Of a DNA stretch of 64,000 bases, positions 29,791 to 44,441 are shown one piece after another; positions within the stretch are counted from its first letter, which is position 1, and every line of letters begins with the position of its first letter. This stretch comes from an uncultured Planctomycetota bacterium (GTDB lineage: Bacteria > Planctomycetota > Planctomycetia > Isosphaerales > Isosphaeraceae): contig CAWGMQ010000002.1 of assembly GCA_963823665.1 (NCBI GenBank), positions 160,001-224,000 of the forward strand, in the 5' to 3' direction. The notes beneath the pieces are model-generated. The model made no database searches, was not told the origin of the DNA, and saw only the letters and a list, made by a program, of their open reading frames with translations. The position numbers and the translations under genes were made by a program.

Positions 29791-31259
29791 ACTTTCTGAG
29801 CCTCGACACTCTTCTCGGGATCGATCAAGCTCCACAGAATTATGCCGACCAAGGCAATCGCCACGTAAACGTAGAAGCCAGGGTCCCACTGCGCTCTCCC
29901 GGTGTAGCCCAGCCCTCCCATCCAGTCGGCAAATCGGCCCAGAAAGATCTGGGAGGAGATCCCTCCGACAGCTCCCAGCATGTTCATCATTCCGAAGAGG
30001 GCACCCAGGTGTCGGCCGCTCACTTGTGTGGCGCTGGCCCACCACGCGGGAACCTGGATCTGGATGCCGAAGCACGCAATGGCGACGAAGATCGAGGCCA
30101 ACATATTCGATTCGGTGAAGATGCTGGCCAGCAACCCGCCCGCGGCAATCGCTGCACCCACCACGCTCTGCGCCGTGCGGCCCCAGCGCCGGTTTCCGGT
30201 CACGGCAACCAGCCAATCTGTCAACCGTCCGCCAAAATAACAGCCCAGAGCACCGCCGCCCAGCACCAAAGTGGTCAACCAGCTTGACAGATCAGGTGAG
30301 ACTCCGCGAGCCGACTGCAGATACTTTGGATACCAAGAAAACAACATGTAATAGACACCGGACATCGTCATCATCGCACCACCCAACAGCCAGATATTGG
30401 CACACGGGAGGACCTTGCTCCATGGAATCGGCTCGTGCGCTCCGGTGGAATGCTCATCGACCTTGATCAGATCGGGCGCCGGCACCTCGAACTCAGTCCA
30501 TTGGGCCTTGCGCGGCCCTGGCCCGCTCGAAATCAACTCTCGTTCAGCACTGTTGACCGCGCGGTGCTCGGCCGGATCATCACGAAACCAGAGATAAAAT
30601 GAGATCGCCCAGGTCAGCCCGATCAAACCAAAGACCACAAAAGTCCACCGCCAACCGAATCCGGCATATGTAGAGCGCCAGCCGAATGCGTCGAGGTTCC
30701 ATACCCTGCCGAGACCATTGATCAGGAATTGCGACGCGACTGGCGCGGCGGCGCCGCCGATCATCATGCCCGTTGTGACAATTCCCTGCGCCTCGCCACG
30801 AGCCGATTCTGGAAACCATTGCCGCAAGATCCGCGCCGAATTCGGCAATGCCCCCGCTTCGCCCGCCCCGAACAGGAATCGCACTGCCAGCAGCATCCAA
30901 AGACCTGTCGCTGCGCCGGTGAGTGCGGTGAAGAACGACCACCAGACCACAATCCGTGTGAGCACGCCACGCGAGCCGTAGCGATCTCCCCAGCGCCCGG
31001 TCGGGATCTCGAATACCGCGTAAGCCAGCGTGAACGCCGCGTGCACAAAGCCGAGCGCCGTGTCCGACAGCCCCAGCTCCCCTTGCATCATCGGCGCCGC
31101 CTGGCCAAGGCAAACTCGGTCGAGATAAAGCACAAACGTCATCACCGCCAGAAAGGCCAGTACGCGATAGCGCACCCACGTGGGCCGCTCATCCTCAATA
31201 AAGTGAGGCGTCTCTTCCGTCGAATCGACGTCGGTCCCCGGCCCAGGCAGATCGCTCAT
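29787..31259 (-). CDS. MFS transporter (ACS / glucarate-galactarate-like)
   Basis: YLDRVC, FEIPTGRWGDRYGSR, RFLFGAGEAG, WFP; 12-TM pattern. Confidence 0.9.
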   Translation of the reverse strand: MSDLPGPGTDVDSTEETPHFIEDERPTWVRYRVLAFLAVMTFVLYLDRVCLGQAAPMMQGELGLSDTALGFVHAAFTLAYAVFEIPTGRWGDRYGSRGVLTRIVVWWSFFTALTGAATGLWMLLAVRFLFGAGEAGALPNSARILRQWFPESARGEAQGIVTTGMMIGGAAAPVASQFLINGLGRVWNLDAFGWRSTYAGFGWRWTFVVFGLIGLTWAISFYLWFRDDPAEHRAVNSAERELISSGPGPRKAQWTEFEVPAPDLIKVDEHSTGAHEPIPWSKVLPCANIWLLGGAMMTMSGVYYMLFSWYPKYLQSARGVSPDLSSWLTTLVLGGGALGCYFGGRLTDWLVAVTGNRRWGRTAQSVVGAAIAAGGLLASIFTESNMLASIFVAIACFGIQIQVPAWWASATQVSGRHLGALFGMMNMLGAVGGISSQIFLGRFADWMGGLGYTGRAQWDPGFYVYVAIALVGIILWSLIDPEKSVEAQKV

Positions 31260-31321
31260 GAGCGTGGAAGCTCCAGGATATGGGTGAAGCGCAGCGCCAG
31301 GAATGACACGATCAAACGGGT

Positions 31322-32353
31322 CTACTTTGTCGCCACCGACCGAGCTTTGGCCATCACCGCCTCGATCTCGACCGGCTTCCCTCCCTGGCGCTTGCTCTCG
31401 TCAGCGGCTTCCATGAACGCGAAAATCTCGATCGTCTCCTCGGCACTCACCGGCGGCTTGCCTGTCTTGAAGAACTTGACGATTTCGACCACCAGCGGCT
31501 CATATCCGCCGTATCCACCGCTGGGAGCAATTCCCTTCGTCCCGAAGACTGTCCCACCATAGTCATGATGACCCTGGCGAACACCGCGAAACGTGCCGAT
31601 GCGTCCCCCCTTCCAAACCCCGGTGACCAGCTCACTTCCCTCGGTCTGAACTCGGGAGACTTTCTCGCAGCCGGTCCCCATAATCGTGAACAGGGTCTCG
31701 ACTCCGTGCACGCCGTACCAGAAGAGGTCGGGATGGTGCTCTTCGAGCGAGCATGGGCCATAGGCGTCACAGCCGAGCACGTCGCCGACTTTGGCATTCG
31801 TACGCATTCCAGCAATACCAGGGCTATAGCGGAGCGAAGAGCTGGAGAAGCACGGCGTGTTGGTCTTCCTCGCCAGTTCGAAGATGGCAATCGCATCAGC
31901 CAGCGAGCCGGCGACCGGCTTGTCAATGAACACCGGCTTGTGCGCCTGGAAAACTGGCCGGGCTTGCTCGAGATGCGGCCGGCCATCGACGCTTTCCAGC
32001 AGCACCACGTCCACACGCGCCAGCAGTTCGTCAATCGAGCTCACGATTGCCACCCCGAATTGATCACGCAGCTCCTGCGTGTAGCCCGCCACCCGATCAC
32101 GGCTTGCGGGCAAGTCTGGGCTCCCGCCGGGATAAGCTGCGACAACACGAACACCGGCAAGCTCAGGCTTGGGATCGGCGGCATTCAAGAGCTTTGTGAA
32201 AGCCGTCACGTGCGACGTATCCAACCCGATGATCCCGGCCCGAAGCGGCTTCGATGATTCATCCTGCCAGAGCTCGCCGGCCGCGGCGAATTCAGCAAAC
32301 ATGACACCGGCCATCACCAGGCCTACACTCAAGACGACCACACGTAATAACAC
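31322..32353 (-). CDS. Secreted Gfo/Idh/MocA oxidoreductase
   Basis: RAGIIGLDTSH, ESVDGRPH, FIDKPVA, FSSSSLRY, WYGVHGVE. GTG start chosen after a GAGG RBS. Confidence 0.88.
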   Translation of the reverse strand: MLLRVVVLSVGLVMAGVMFAEFAAAGELWQDESSKPLRAGIIGLDTSHVTAFTKLLNAADPKPELAGVRVVAAYPGGSPDLPASRDRVAGYTQELRDQFGVAIVSSIDELLARVDVVLLESVDGRPHLEQARPVFQAHKPVFIDKPVAGSLADAIAIFELARKTNTPCFSSSSLRYSPGIAGMRTNAKVGDVLGCDAYGPCSLEEHHPDLFWYGVHGVETLFTIMGTGCEKVSRVQTEGSELVTGVWKGGRIGTFRGVRQGHHDYGGTVFGTKGIAPSGGYGGYEPLVVEIVKFFKTGKPPVSAEETIEIFAFMEAADESKRQGGKPVEIEAVMAKARSVATK

Positions 32354-32647
32354 GGGGAGAACCTCAATCTGCGAAGGCGGGGAAGCTTGCAAAAAAGCAG
32401 CCTTGGCTGGCACATCATCTACCGAACCATCATCAGCCCTCGGTGCCGCGGATGCAACGACGAGCGGCAATTTACTTTCCAAGTCGGAATGCTTCACCGC
32501 AATGCTCCGCGTGTTATACGATGCAGATGATGATCACTTCAGTCGCCTCTCTCCCGTAACCATCACATCTACATTACGATGGATACGTGACGACGACGCT
32601 GCCTCGTCGCACCGTCGGATGGGGGGAACGGGTCTCTGGTCAACAAG

Positions 32648-35638
<2,991 letters not shown>

Positions 35639-35642
35639 TCTT

Positions 35643-38227
35643 TCATTCACGCCAGGCAAACTCGCCTGATTCGACATTCCAGTCCGCTCCGAAATACCCC
35701 GCTGCGACTGAGGCTTCCGAGCTTTCGAGCAGGGCCTTGGCCTTCAGCAACAGGCAATCCGGGAGAGCCACGCCCGAGGTGAAGTACGGCAGCCGCTCTG
35801 TCAGCCTGAGCCCAGTCATGCCCGAACCGGATATCACTCCGACCGAGGCCACGGCGCTGCGAGGCCGCGGCCGGATGAAGAGACAGGCCAGGTCTTCGCC
35901 AGTCACCGCGCGTAGGCCCACTTTCACCTCACCGCGCCGAACTTGCACGGGGCTCTGACCGAGCAGCGCGGGCCACGCTGCATTGCTTTCCGCGTGACCA
36001 TAAACGATGACGTTGCGGTCGCGATACTCCTGCTCACGCCCCGCCTCAAGAAAACGCGCGTCAGAGACAACATCGACCGACCCGTTCCCTCGGTACCAGA
36101 ATGTCTCGGCGTCGAATCGGGCCCGGGCGAGCGACCACGCATTCTCCTCTGAGGTTCCTCTCGTCCCGAAGACAAGAATAAATCGGTTCCGGAACGCCTC
36201 CTTGAATGGCCCCTGACGAGATGGATTCTTCTGGGACAAAGGTGGTGGCGACTGGCTCACCGACCACTTGCCTCGATCGCGAACCAACCAGATCGTGCAA
36301 TCACCGTTGGATGGCGTCGAGGCCACGGAAAATGAAGGCATCGCCTGGCCATCGAGCTCAACCACGAACGCATCCGCTGCCTTTGCCTCGGGGATCGCAT
36401 GCTTCAGCTCAATTGCGAGCCGGTCAACGTTCTCGGTTGTCCCTTGAAACTTACGTCGCTCCGTATCCAGCTCGAGATGCACCTTGCTGGGTAAAAGCGC
36501 CTTGACCTGCGACTCGATCGCCAGCCAGTGCGCCCGGGACGACACGGCCGGGCTGGCCGTGACAAAGTCGATCTTTTTCACCTCAGACGGCTTGGGAATC
36601 CTGTGTTCCCTGAGAAATGCGATCAGCGGCGGCCAGTCAACACATTCATTGCCCCACCAGTGCCCTGCGCCGGGCTGTTCGCGGTATACAAAATCGGGAT
36701 GGAATTCACCGAGCACCTGGCGCATCCGCCGGGCTTGGCTAACCGGCACGTTGTCGTCGGCATCACCGTGGAGAATGTAAACGCCCACGCGAGTGAGGTT
36801 CCGTGACAACGCAATGGTATCGCTCGGACCCAGCGCGCGGGCCATGAGCGCGTCGACGGGCGAGGCCGGATCTGCGTGTCTCATCCCGGCATACGACCAC
36901 ATGCTGATCCAGCCAGCACTCGGCGCGATCGCTGCAAAACGATCGGGAAAGGTCACGCCCAGATGCCAGGTGCCGTGTCCACCCATCGAATGGCCGGTGA
37001 GATAAGTCCGCTCGCGATCGGTTTCGAAGACCTTCTGCACAAGCTCGAGCACCTCGATCGCGTCGAGCCGGCCCCAGTCTTCCCAGTCAAAACCATAAGG
37101 CCGGCGATTTGTCGGCGCGACGACATAGAGACCAGTTTTGGGTGTATAGCACTGCGCTTGACCGGCACCTTCAACTCCCGCCCCGTGCAGGGTCAGCACA
37201 AGCCCGCTTGGCCGTCCGTCGGCGGCCGGAAGCGCCGGCACAACAGCGTAGTACTGCACGCTTCCATCGATCGAGCTGCGAAACGTTCGCGTGTGTGTCT
37301 GGCCAGTCCGGCGAACGTTCAGATCGACCTTCGTTGAGTCGACCGTCTCCCAACGATCACCACTGCCCTGCGTTTTACGCTCAAGCCTGAGCTCGAGCGC
37401 CACCGTTTCGCCAGTTGTCGGGGCCGTTCCTGTAAACGCAAAACCAACCTTTCGAACGGATAGAGGAATTAATGACGGGACAGCCGTCCGCGTTTCCGGG
37501 CCGCCGGCAATATGCGCGACAATCGCAAGGTTTTCCCGGAATTCAGCACTCGCGTTCACGACCAGGACGGCCGCTCCGGCCTCGGTTTGTTCACCGTTCC
37601 TCATATCGGGAAGCGTGGCATCGGCCGCGCTCAAGAACGCCGCGCCTTTGGCGCGATCAACCTTGCCTTGAGCTTTCCCCGGCCAAATTGGAACAGGAGT
37701 GCATTTTGCCCCTGACGAACCTGGACAGGTAAATGGACATAGCCAGTTGAATAGATGTCGCCGTGACGTGGCTCGCCACCGGCATACACCATCGCATGCC
37801 CTGCAGACTCGAGCATCATCACGGAATCCGCATCCGCAGAGAACGACGCGGCCAGATAGCCGCCACGCAGATTTCCTCCCGAAAACCAACCATCAGCGCC
37901 CGCCTTGACGGGCTCCCACTTTCGGGCTTGGCCCATTCCAGGATACGCCACGCTCTCTCCTGCACGTGGCATTGTCCAGGTTCCATTCAGAACCTGCGCC
38001 GCGATTGGATCGACATTGATCGCCCCGCGCCGCTCACGCGTTGTCGAGATCGTGACTCCTTCGCGCAGCTCAATCGCCGCTCCCGATGGAGAATCCTCGA
38101 GCGCATCTGCATCCGTGATGCCGGTAGCCCGGCACGGACTCTGGCAGATCGCTGCCAGGCAGAGGAGCAGCATGGAGGTTAGCGATAACCACACGAGTCG
38201 TGGTGGCGGCGCGGTCTCAAGAATCAC
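35643..38227 (-). CDS. Secreted alpha/beta hydrolase (prolyl oligopeptidase/esterase-like), split by a 1-nt frameshift near 37648
   Basis: The N-terminal ORF ends ...KARLIAPK and the C-terminal frame continues KGAAFLSAAD...; motifs LHGAG, GHSMGGHG, HGDADDNVP, GAGHWW. Adding one base to a CC or AAA run joins the frames. Confidence 0.8.
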
Positions 38228-38418
38228 GATCAATTCTCCCGTCCACGATTCAACGAGTTGCACGCTGCCCGCCATGGAAGCGTTTCGAGCACCCAAAGCT
38301 GGAAGGATACCACGTGATGCAGGGCTATGGCTAACCCGGCGATGTTGCCATGTTCTAACTCTCAAGGTAGGTTTGTCGCGACGTAAGATCAAGTGATTCA
38401 CTTGAAGCATGCTGTACC

Positions 38419-38795
38419 ATGAAACCACAGGCGATCATGCGAACGATCCGGAATCACGAACTCTTAGCAGTTCTGCTGGCATCCGCCACGTGCACCGAGC
38501 TCCGCGCCGGAGACGTGCTCGAGATCTCGCGTGACACCGTCCTGGACCCAAGCAAAATCTACGAGGCGGTTGTGATTACCGCGTCGAATCTGACCCTCGA
38601 CGGCCGTGGCGCGTGGTTGCTCGGTCCTGCGGCGAAGAAGATCAGGGCCTTCGACGTGCGTGCTGATTGAAAGCGGGTCGAACGACAACCACCTGAGGCA
38701 GCGCCATCACCACCGTCAACTCCTTGACCATCGGCTTCGACTCATGGGGCGCACCTCCGCTCAGGATCTGGCTTGATGGTCTGGCAATCAAGTGA
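38419..38795 (+). pseudogene. Internally deleted secreted protein (N-terminus resembles right-handed beta-helix/NosD-like proteins)
   Basis: Signal peptide plus EISRDTVLDPSKIYEAVVITASNLTLDGRGAWL stops at 38670. A different frame gives a protein-like C-terminus, TTVNSLTIGFDSWGAPPLRIWLDGLAIK*, ending at 38795. Confidence 0.5.
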
Positions 38796-38808
38796 ACCGG
38801 CTCGCTAC

Positions 38809-39291
38809 TCACCGACCGGGCTCGGAAAGCCTCCGGTAACCACCCGAGTAGTAGAGTAAAGGTTCGCCTTCAAGATGTTCGCCCGCGAGGATCTCTCCTA
38901 CGAAGATCTCATGGTCGCCTCCAGGCAGGATTTCGACGACTTTGCAATCGAGATACCCGAGACAATCAGCCAGGATGGGTGAGCCGGTCGCTGCATCCGA
39001 CGTCTTCAGATCCGAGAAATCCTTCGGCCCGGGTGCGGCAAAGCGACGCGAGAGATCCTCCTGCTCCACCCGAAGAATATTGATCGCGAAGCACCGATTC
39101 TTCTTGAGATAATCAAGCGTGATCGCTCGCTTGTCGACGGCGACGAGCACCAGCGGAGGCTCGAGTGAAAGCGACGCGATCGCGTTGGCCGTCATGCCAT
39201 GTAAACCGGCAACTCCCCCGGTAGTCACCACCGTCACACCCGTGGCGAAATGTCCGAGGATTTTGCGCTGCCTCTTGGAATCGAATGCCAT
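38809..39291 (-). CDS. Flavin reductase-like (FMN-binding) protein
   Basis: GHFATGVTVVTT, GMTANAIASLSLEPPLVLV, GGDHEIFVGE, PLLYY. Confidence 0.92.
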   Translation of the reverse strand: MAFDSKRQRKILGHFATGVTVVTTGGVAGLHGMTANAIASLSLEPPLVLVAVDKRAITLDYLKKNRCFAINILRVEQEDLSRRFAAPGPKDFSDLKTSDAATGSPILADCLGYLDCKVVEILPGGDHEIFVGEILAGEHLEGEPLLYYSGGYRRLSEPGR

Positions 39292-39303
39292 CGCTCGAGC
39301 CCT

Positions 39304-40322
39304 TCAGTTCCGCCCGATCGCCACGGCGATCGACGCGAGATCGGTGAGGGCGGCCCGGGCACCCGCCTCCCGCACCTGGTTGCAAATCGCCTCGATCGTG
39401 CGAAACTGAGGGTCGGTCACGACCAGGCACGAAGGATGCCCGAGAAAGCAATAGACTGCCTTGTGTTCAACGGCCCACGCCACGCCCGCCCGGATGGCTT
39501 CGACGAAGGCGTCGAGGCGCCAGCGTCCGGTGCGAAATGCCGTGACATCACTGATCGGGCTCATCGGTACCTCCACCAGGCCCGACCGGTAAACAAAGGG
39601 CTGCGCGTGTTCCTGCGCGGCGATGATCCCGGCAATGACCTTTTCGTCAGGTTTCTTGCCCGAAGTATCGGCGATGGCGTGCGCAGGATACTGGCTGCTC
39701 ACCCAGGTGCAACCCATCTCGAGCAGCATGCGCTGAAGGTCCTCCCGGTCGGCCAGGCCGTTGGTGAACCCGCCTGGAGCTCGAAAACCGCTCGGCGTGA
39801 TACCAAGCCTTTTTCTGAGAGCCACTTCCGCCAGGCGAATGTTCCTTGCGATCACATCAGCCGGTGTCTTCCCGTCGATCAACCAGGGCGCTCGCCTGAA
39901 CCGAAACTGAATGTCCTCGGAACGCGTTGCCTTCAGGTTGACGTGGTCGTATGTATGATTGCCAACAGGATGGCCCTGCGCGACGATCCGCGCAGCCACG
40001 ATACGTCTTCCTGCTCCATCGTTTGACCAACAGCGAAGAAATGGACAACGCCACCTCGCTCCTTGACCCGGCGAGCCGCCTCCACTGCGTACTGCTTCGT
40101 CGGCGCATCGAGGTTTCCCTTCTCGTAGTCCCAATGTGTTTGGTTCCAGGTCGGGAAGTTTCGGCTCATCTCCAGGTCGAGAGTGATCGCGATCTGTGCT
40201 TTGTCGAAGGGTGGCTTTTTCTCGATCACGCCTCGAGACACCGCCCATGGCAGTGCCGCCAATGACGCGCCCAGAAACGAGCGCCGCATCAAGACAGCAT
40301 CAGAAACCGACTCAGATCTCAT
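39304..40322 (-). CDS. Tat-exported polysaccharide deacetylase (CE4/NodB-like), split by a 1-nt frameshift near 39988
   Basis: RRSFL Tat motif, then ITLDLEM...EDVSWLR in one frame and IVAQGHPVGNHTYDH, GFRAPGG, FLGHPS in another. GG->GGG restores WLRGIVAQ. Confidence 0.82.
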
Positions 40323-40365
40323 CGACCGGTTCTCTCCTGGGGTTGTCTCCGATGCCATGCCCGGA

Positions 40366-41451
40366 TCAGTGCCCGCTCGGCGCCGCGAAAGGTCGAACCC
40401 ACGAGATCTGCGTGATGAACAGGTCCAGCGCAGCGAAGCAAACGGCCGTTGTGGTTGCAAACCGAGGCGTGGGCTGAGCAGGAAAGGTGGCAATGGTGGC
40501 GTCACCGACCAGGAAAACGTCGAAGTCCTGAGCCAGGTTCTTGTAACCTGCCGTCGTCGAACAGACGCACATATCCGTATTGTACCCCGCCAGCAACACA
40601 TGCCGGATGCCCTGACTCTTGAGAAAGCTGCGGAGGGCAGGATAACCCTCCCCGTCGTAGATGACAAAGTCGTGGAGATCAACCTCAATCGATTTCATCA
40701 CCGGGATCGGCAGTTCCCAGAACCCGCGGCCATCGAAGGCCGGCCCGGAGTCGAGACCTGGAAATTGCTTGAAATACTCCAGAGTCGGGGTGTCGGATTT
40801 TAAAGTAATCGACGTGGGAACGGCCTGCCCGCGGTAATCGAAGGCCGCGAGCTTGGCCTTGAGTTCCCGCTTGCCTTCTCGGCGCTCCTCTTCGGTGGGC
40901 TCTTTGCGCAGCGAACGATAGATCTTACGGCGAATGGGGTCTTCCGTTCCCGGCAAGCTGTAACCCACCATCAAGCCGGCCTTGCCCCGTATGGTTTTGA
41001 GGAACGGATTGATAACCTTCGCGGCGTGGTCGAGCACGATCTTGTTCTTCGCGGGCGTGCACTGGAATGCAACACCGGCTGGTTCCGGGCTCCGCCAGCC
41101 CTGGCCGTCATCAATACCCCAGGGATGCACCACGATCACGGCTGTCCGACTCGATCGCAGCCGGTTCGGCACTTCGATGATGCCTCGAGCATTGTAAGAA
41201 AACCGCCAGGCGCGTACTTCCAGGTCAGCGTCCGTGTCGTCAATCAAGAGCGGGGCTTCAAAACGGGCGACCTCCCGCACGGGCTCAACAAAATCGGGAT
41301 AGTCTCCCAGAATCGGCCTTGGATGGAGAATTGGCTTGAGCCGATTCTCATAGACCCGACTCACCGGCTCATCGCCGCCTCTGGCGGGTATCGGCTGATG
41401 CATGCCCGCCAAGGCGGCCGTACAAATCGCTATTCTTATGTATGTTCTCAT
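40366..41451 (-). CDS. Secreted isochorismatase/cysteine hydrolase family protein
   Basis: Signal peptide; GIRHVLLAGYNTDMCVCST...VFLVGDAT catalytic-Cys region. Confidence 0.75.
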   Translation of the reverse strand: MRTYIRIAICTAALAGMHQPIPARGGDEPVSRVYENRLKPILHPRPILGDYPDFVEPVREVARFEAPLLIDDTDADLEVRAWRFSYNARGIIEVPNRLRSSRTAVIVVHPWGIDDGQGWRSPEPAGVAFQCTPAKNKIVLDHAAKVINPFLKTIRGKAGLMVGYSLPGTEDPIRRKIYRSLRKEPTEEERREGKRELKAKLAAFDYRGQAVPTSITLKSDTPTLEYFKQFPGLDSGPAFDGRGFWELPIPVMKSIEVDLHDFVIYDGEGYPALRSFLKSQGIRHVLLAGYNTDMCVCSTTAGYKNLAQDFDVFLVGDATIATFPAQPTPRFATTTAVCFAALDLFITQISWVRPFAAPSGH

Positions 41452-44441
41452 TTCGTTTCCTTCACGCCCACCTGAGGATCGCCCTCGAGAAAGCAGAACA
41501 GGTCGCGCAGTCCTTGGGGGGAAAACTCTTTATACAGCGATTCAGGCATTAAAGAGACATCCGACTCCTTCAGTTCTTCCACCTCCGCGCGCGCATGCCG
41601 GGTTCTCACGCCTTTCGAGTCGCAGAGAGTGATTGTCTCCGGTGTCTGCTCGACGATCAGTCCCGACAGTACCCGGCCATCCTTGACCGCGAGCTGATAA
41701 GCCTGGTATTCCTTCCGAACCACGCCGGAGGGATCGACCAGGCTTTTCAAGAGAAAGTCGCGGTCATGCCGGTTGGCGTAGGAGAGGTCGGGGCCCAAGG
41801 TTTCTCCTTGCCCGAATAAACGATGGCACGTCGCGCAGCGATCAAGAAATAGCCTGCGCCCGCGCTCGCGATCGCCGATGCCGGCCCTCAGGTCGTTGTT
41901 GAGACGACGAACCTCGGCGAGCCTCTCTTCGCGCGTTGCTCCGCGAGTGATTCCCCAGTGCTTGCGAACAATGGCTGCAAGCTCACCCGAATTCAGAGTC
42001 GTGAACCGGCTGAGCTCCTCCAGCGTCACGTCCTCCGCCGCGATTTTTCCGGCCTCGACTGCACCCAGAAATGCCCGCGCCCATGTCGTCCGGTTCAAGA
42101 GCAGCTCGCGAGCCAGCAATCGCCAGCTTGGAGACCTCTGTGGATACACAGCCAGGAGCGCAGCCGCAATCGCGTTGTCCTCGAATCGCGCCAGCGCTCC
42201 AAACGCGGCCGTCAGGATCGCTCCGTCGGCATCTTCACTATGAGTTGCCACCGCAAGCAGCGAAGAAATCGACGGTTGGTCCTTGACCTCGCCCAGCAGA
42301 TCGAGCATCGCCGTACGCACAGGTCCTGGCTCATGGTTGTCTTTGGCAAAGGCACGGGCTCGCTTGATCGACGTCGCATCTCCCAGCCTCGCTGACACAC
42401 GGATCAGTGCGACATCGCCGGGATTATCTCGGTTCATTTCAACGATCGAGCGTGTCAGCTCCGGCGCCACCAGGCTGGCATCGCGCCCGCGCATTGCTTC
42501 GTCAAGTGCGGCGAGGAGCGGCCTGCGCAGGTCGGCCGATGGCGACGAAGCCAGCAGCCTCGCACACGCGATATCGCCCTCGCGGTTATTGCTCGCGGCC
42601 AACCGCCGCATTAAACGCACCAGAATCACGGACCGGCATACCGTCGATTGCCAGGCTTCTGCCGTCGTGAATCGCCTGAGTGTCCCCTCAAGGTCGGCAA
42701 GCGTGTGCGCTTCAACAGCCCACCAGAGCAAAAGCGGAACATGCGGATCGGAAACGTCTTCTTCACGGGCAAGAAGCTGCTTGACGATATCGAGTCCGAG
42801 TGCCGGTGCCAGCCGCCGCGCCGTTGAAGCGAGTTGTGCGCGAACCGATACGTTCGTCTCGCCCGCCGCCAATTCAACCAGACCTGAAGTAAAGCGAGCA
42901 GGAACACGTGGCTCGTCGCCGACCAGGCGCACACACCAGGCACGAACCATGGGATCACGGTGCCGCAGTAGCGCATCAACCGTCGTCTCATCGAGCGCGG
43001 CACAACCATGCAGCGCCCAGAATGCTTCGAGGGCTTTCACTCCGTCGGCTTGAAGTGCGGCCTTTCGCAAGACTTCAGCCGCTTCTGGCGGCCGGCGTTC
43101 CGCCAGCAGACGCCGAGCCTTCCGGCGAAACCAGGTATTAGAATGGTCCAGCAGATCAACTAGCTCACCGTTCGTTTTTCGAGTTAGCTTACAGTCGATC
43201 TGGGACAATGGCTTCGTCCCGGGCGAGCCTATCGCGAAGATTCTTCCGTTGCTCCGGTCCCAGTCAGCATCCGGGTCGGGATGTGCGGTTCGCCGGTCGT
43301 GCCAGTCGGCAATGTAGAGCCTGCCGTCCGGTCCAAGCACGATGTCCGTCGGTGCAAACCACGTATCATTGGCTCGCAGGAGATCGCCCGTCTGCTTGGC
43401 CTGGAAGGTCGATCCCAGCGGTTGAACGTCGTGGCTGTGCACCGAATGGTCAAGCAAGTCGGCGGCGATGTAACGGCCACGCCATGCCGGGGGCAACGCA
43501 TCGGCCTCGTAGAAAAGCCCACCCACCGCAACGTGACCGCCGCTTAGACCAGTGTGACGAACGTGGTCGAAGTAGCCAAACGTATACAGGTTGTGCAGCG
43601 CCCCATGCTTTCCAAACGCCTTCCAGTAATAGCCGCCCTGAACTCCGTGAAGCATGACGAACCCGCCGACATTGGTGCTGGCAAAGAGCTGACCGTGGCG
43701 GTCGAAATCCAGCCCCCACATATTGCCCCCACCCTCGCAGAAGAGCTCGAATCGCTTGGTCGGTGGGTGGTAGCGCCACACCCCTTGCTGGAACTCGACT
43801 CCCCGCACTCGCGCAGTGACCGTACTCCCCTGTAGACCATAGAGCCAACCGTCCGGGCCCCAGGTCAACGAGTTCGCAACCGAGTGGGCGTCTTGCATGC
43901 CGAACCCGGTCAAAACCACCTCCGGATCTCCATCCGGTCGATCGTCATGATTGCGATCGGCGTAGAACAGCAAATATGGCGTTTGGAGCACGAACACACC
44001 ACCATCACCGAATGCCAGTCCACTCGCGAGATTGAGGCCGGTCACGAAATCATGGGCGCGATCGATCCGGCCGTCTCCATCGACGTCTTCCAGGATCGTG
44101 ATGCAGTCGGCCCCTTTGGGCCCGCGCGGCGGCGGTTCGGGTACGCGATCGTAGGTCGTCCGCGAGTAACGGTCGACAGCCACTCGCTTGAGACCCGACG
44201 GGTTTGGATATTGCAGGTACTGGATCACCCATAGTCGGCCCAGGTCGTCAAACTCGATTGCCACCGGCTGCCGGACCAGTGGCTCGAAAGCGATCAGCCG
44301 AGCTTCCAGCCCCGTTGCAACCGACATCCGCCGCGCAGCTTCTTCCGGAGCATATCCCTGCCCGGCAGCCGCTCCCCTTGAAACGTCGAGCACGGCCAGG
44401 AAAAGTACTTGCGTGCAGAATCGTCTCGTTCGGTTCATCAT
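41448..44441 (-). CDS. PVC-type heme-binding CxxCH protein
   Basis: EPLVRQPVAIEFDDLGRLWV, NSLTWGPDGWLYG, GPDGRLYIADWHD, CATCH, GPDLS, SLMPE. Start is approximate. Confidence 0.9.
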   Translation of the reverse strand: MMNRTRRFCTQVLFLAVLDVSRGAAAGQGYAPEEAARRMSVATGLEARLIAFEPLVRQPVAIEFDDLGRLWVIQYLQYPNPSGLKRVAVDRYSRTTYDRVPEPPPRGPKGADCITILEDVDGDGRIDRAHDFVTGLNLASGLAFGDGGVFVLQTPYLLFYADRNHDDRPDGDPEVVLTGFGMQDAHSVANSLTWGPDGWLYGLQGSTVTARVRGVEFQQGVWRYHPPTKRFELFCEGGGNMWGLDFDRHGQLFASTNVGGFVMLHGVQGGYYWKAFGKHGALHNLYTFGYFDHVRHTGLSGGHVAVGGLFYEADALPPAWRGRYIAADLLDHSVHSHDVQPLGSTFQAKQTGDLLRANDTWFAPTDIVLGPDGRLYIADWHDRRTAHPDPDADWDRSNGRIFAIGSPGTKPLSQIDCKLTRKTNGELVDLLDHSNTWFRRKARRLLAERRPPEAAEVLRKAALQADGVKALEAFWALHGCAALDETTVDALLRHRDPMVRAWCVRLVGDEPRVPARFTSGLVELAAGETNVSVRAQLASTARRLAPALGLDIVKQLLAREEDVSDPHVPLLLWWAVEAHTLADLEGTLRRFTTAEAWQSTVCRSVILVRLMRRLAASNNREGDIACARLLASSPSADLRRPLLAALDEAMRGRDASLVAPELTRSIVEMNRDNPGDVALIRVSARLGDATSIKRARAFAKDNHEPGPVRTAMLDLLGEVKDQPSISSLLAVATHSEDADGAILTAAFGALARFEDNAIAAALLAVYPQRSPSWRLLARELLLNRTTWARAFLGAVEAGKIAAEDVTLEELSRFTTLNSGELAAIVRKHWGITRGATREERLAEVRRLNNDLRAGIGDRERGRRLFLDRCATCHRLFGQGETLGPDLSYANRHDRDFLLKSLVDPSGVVRKEYQAYQLAVKDGRVLSGLIVEQTPETITLCDSKGVRTRHARAEVEELKESDVSLMPESLYKEFSPQGLRDLFCFLEGDPQVGVKETK

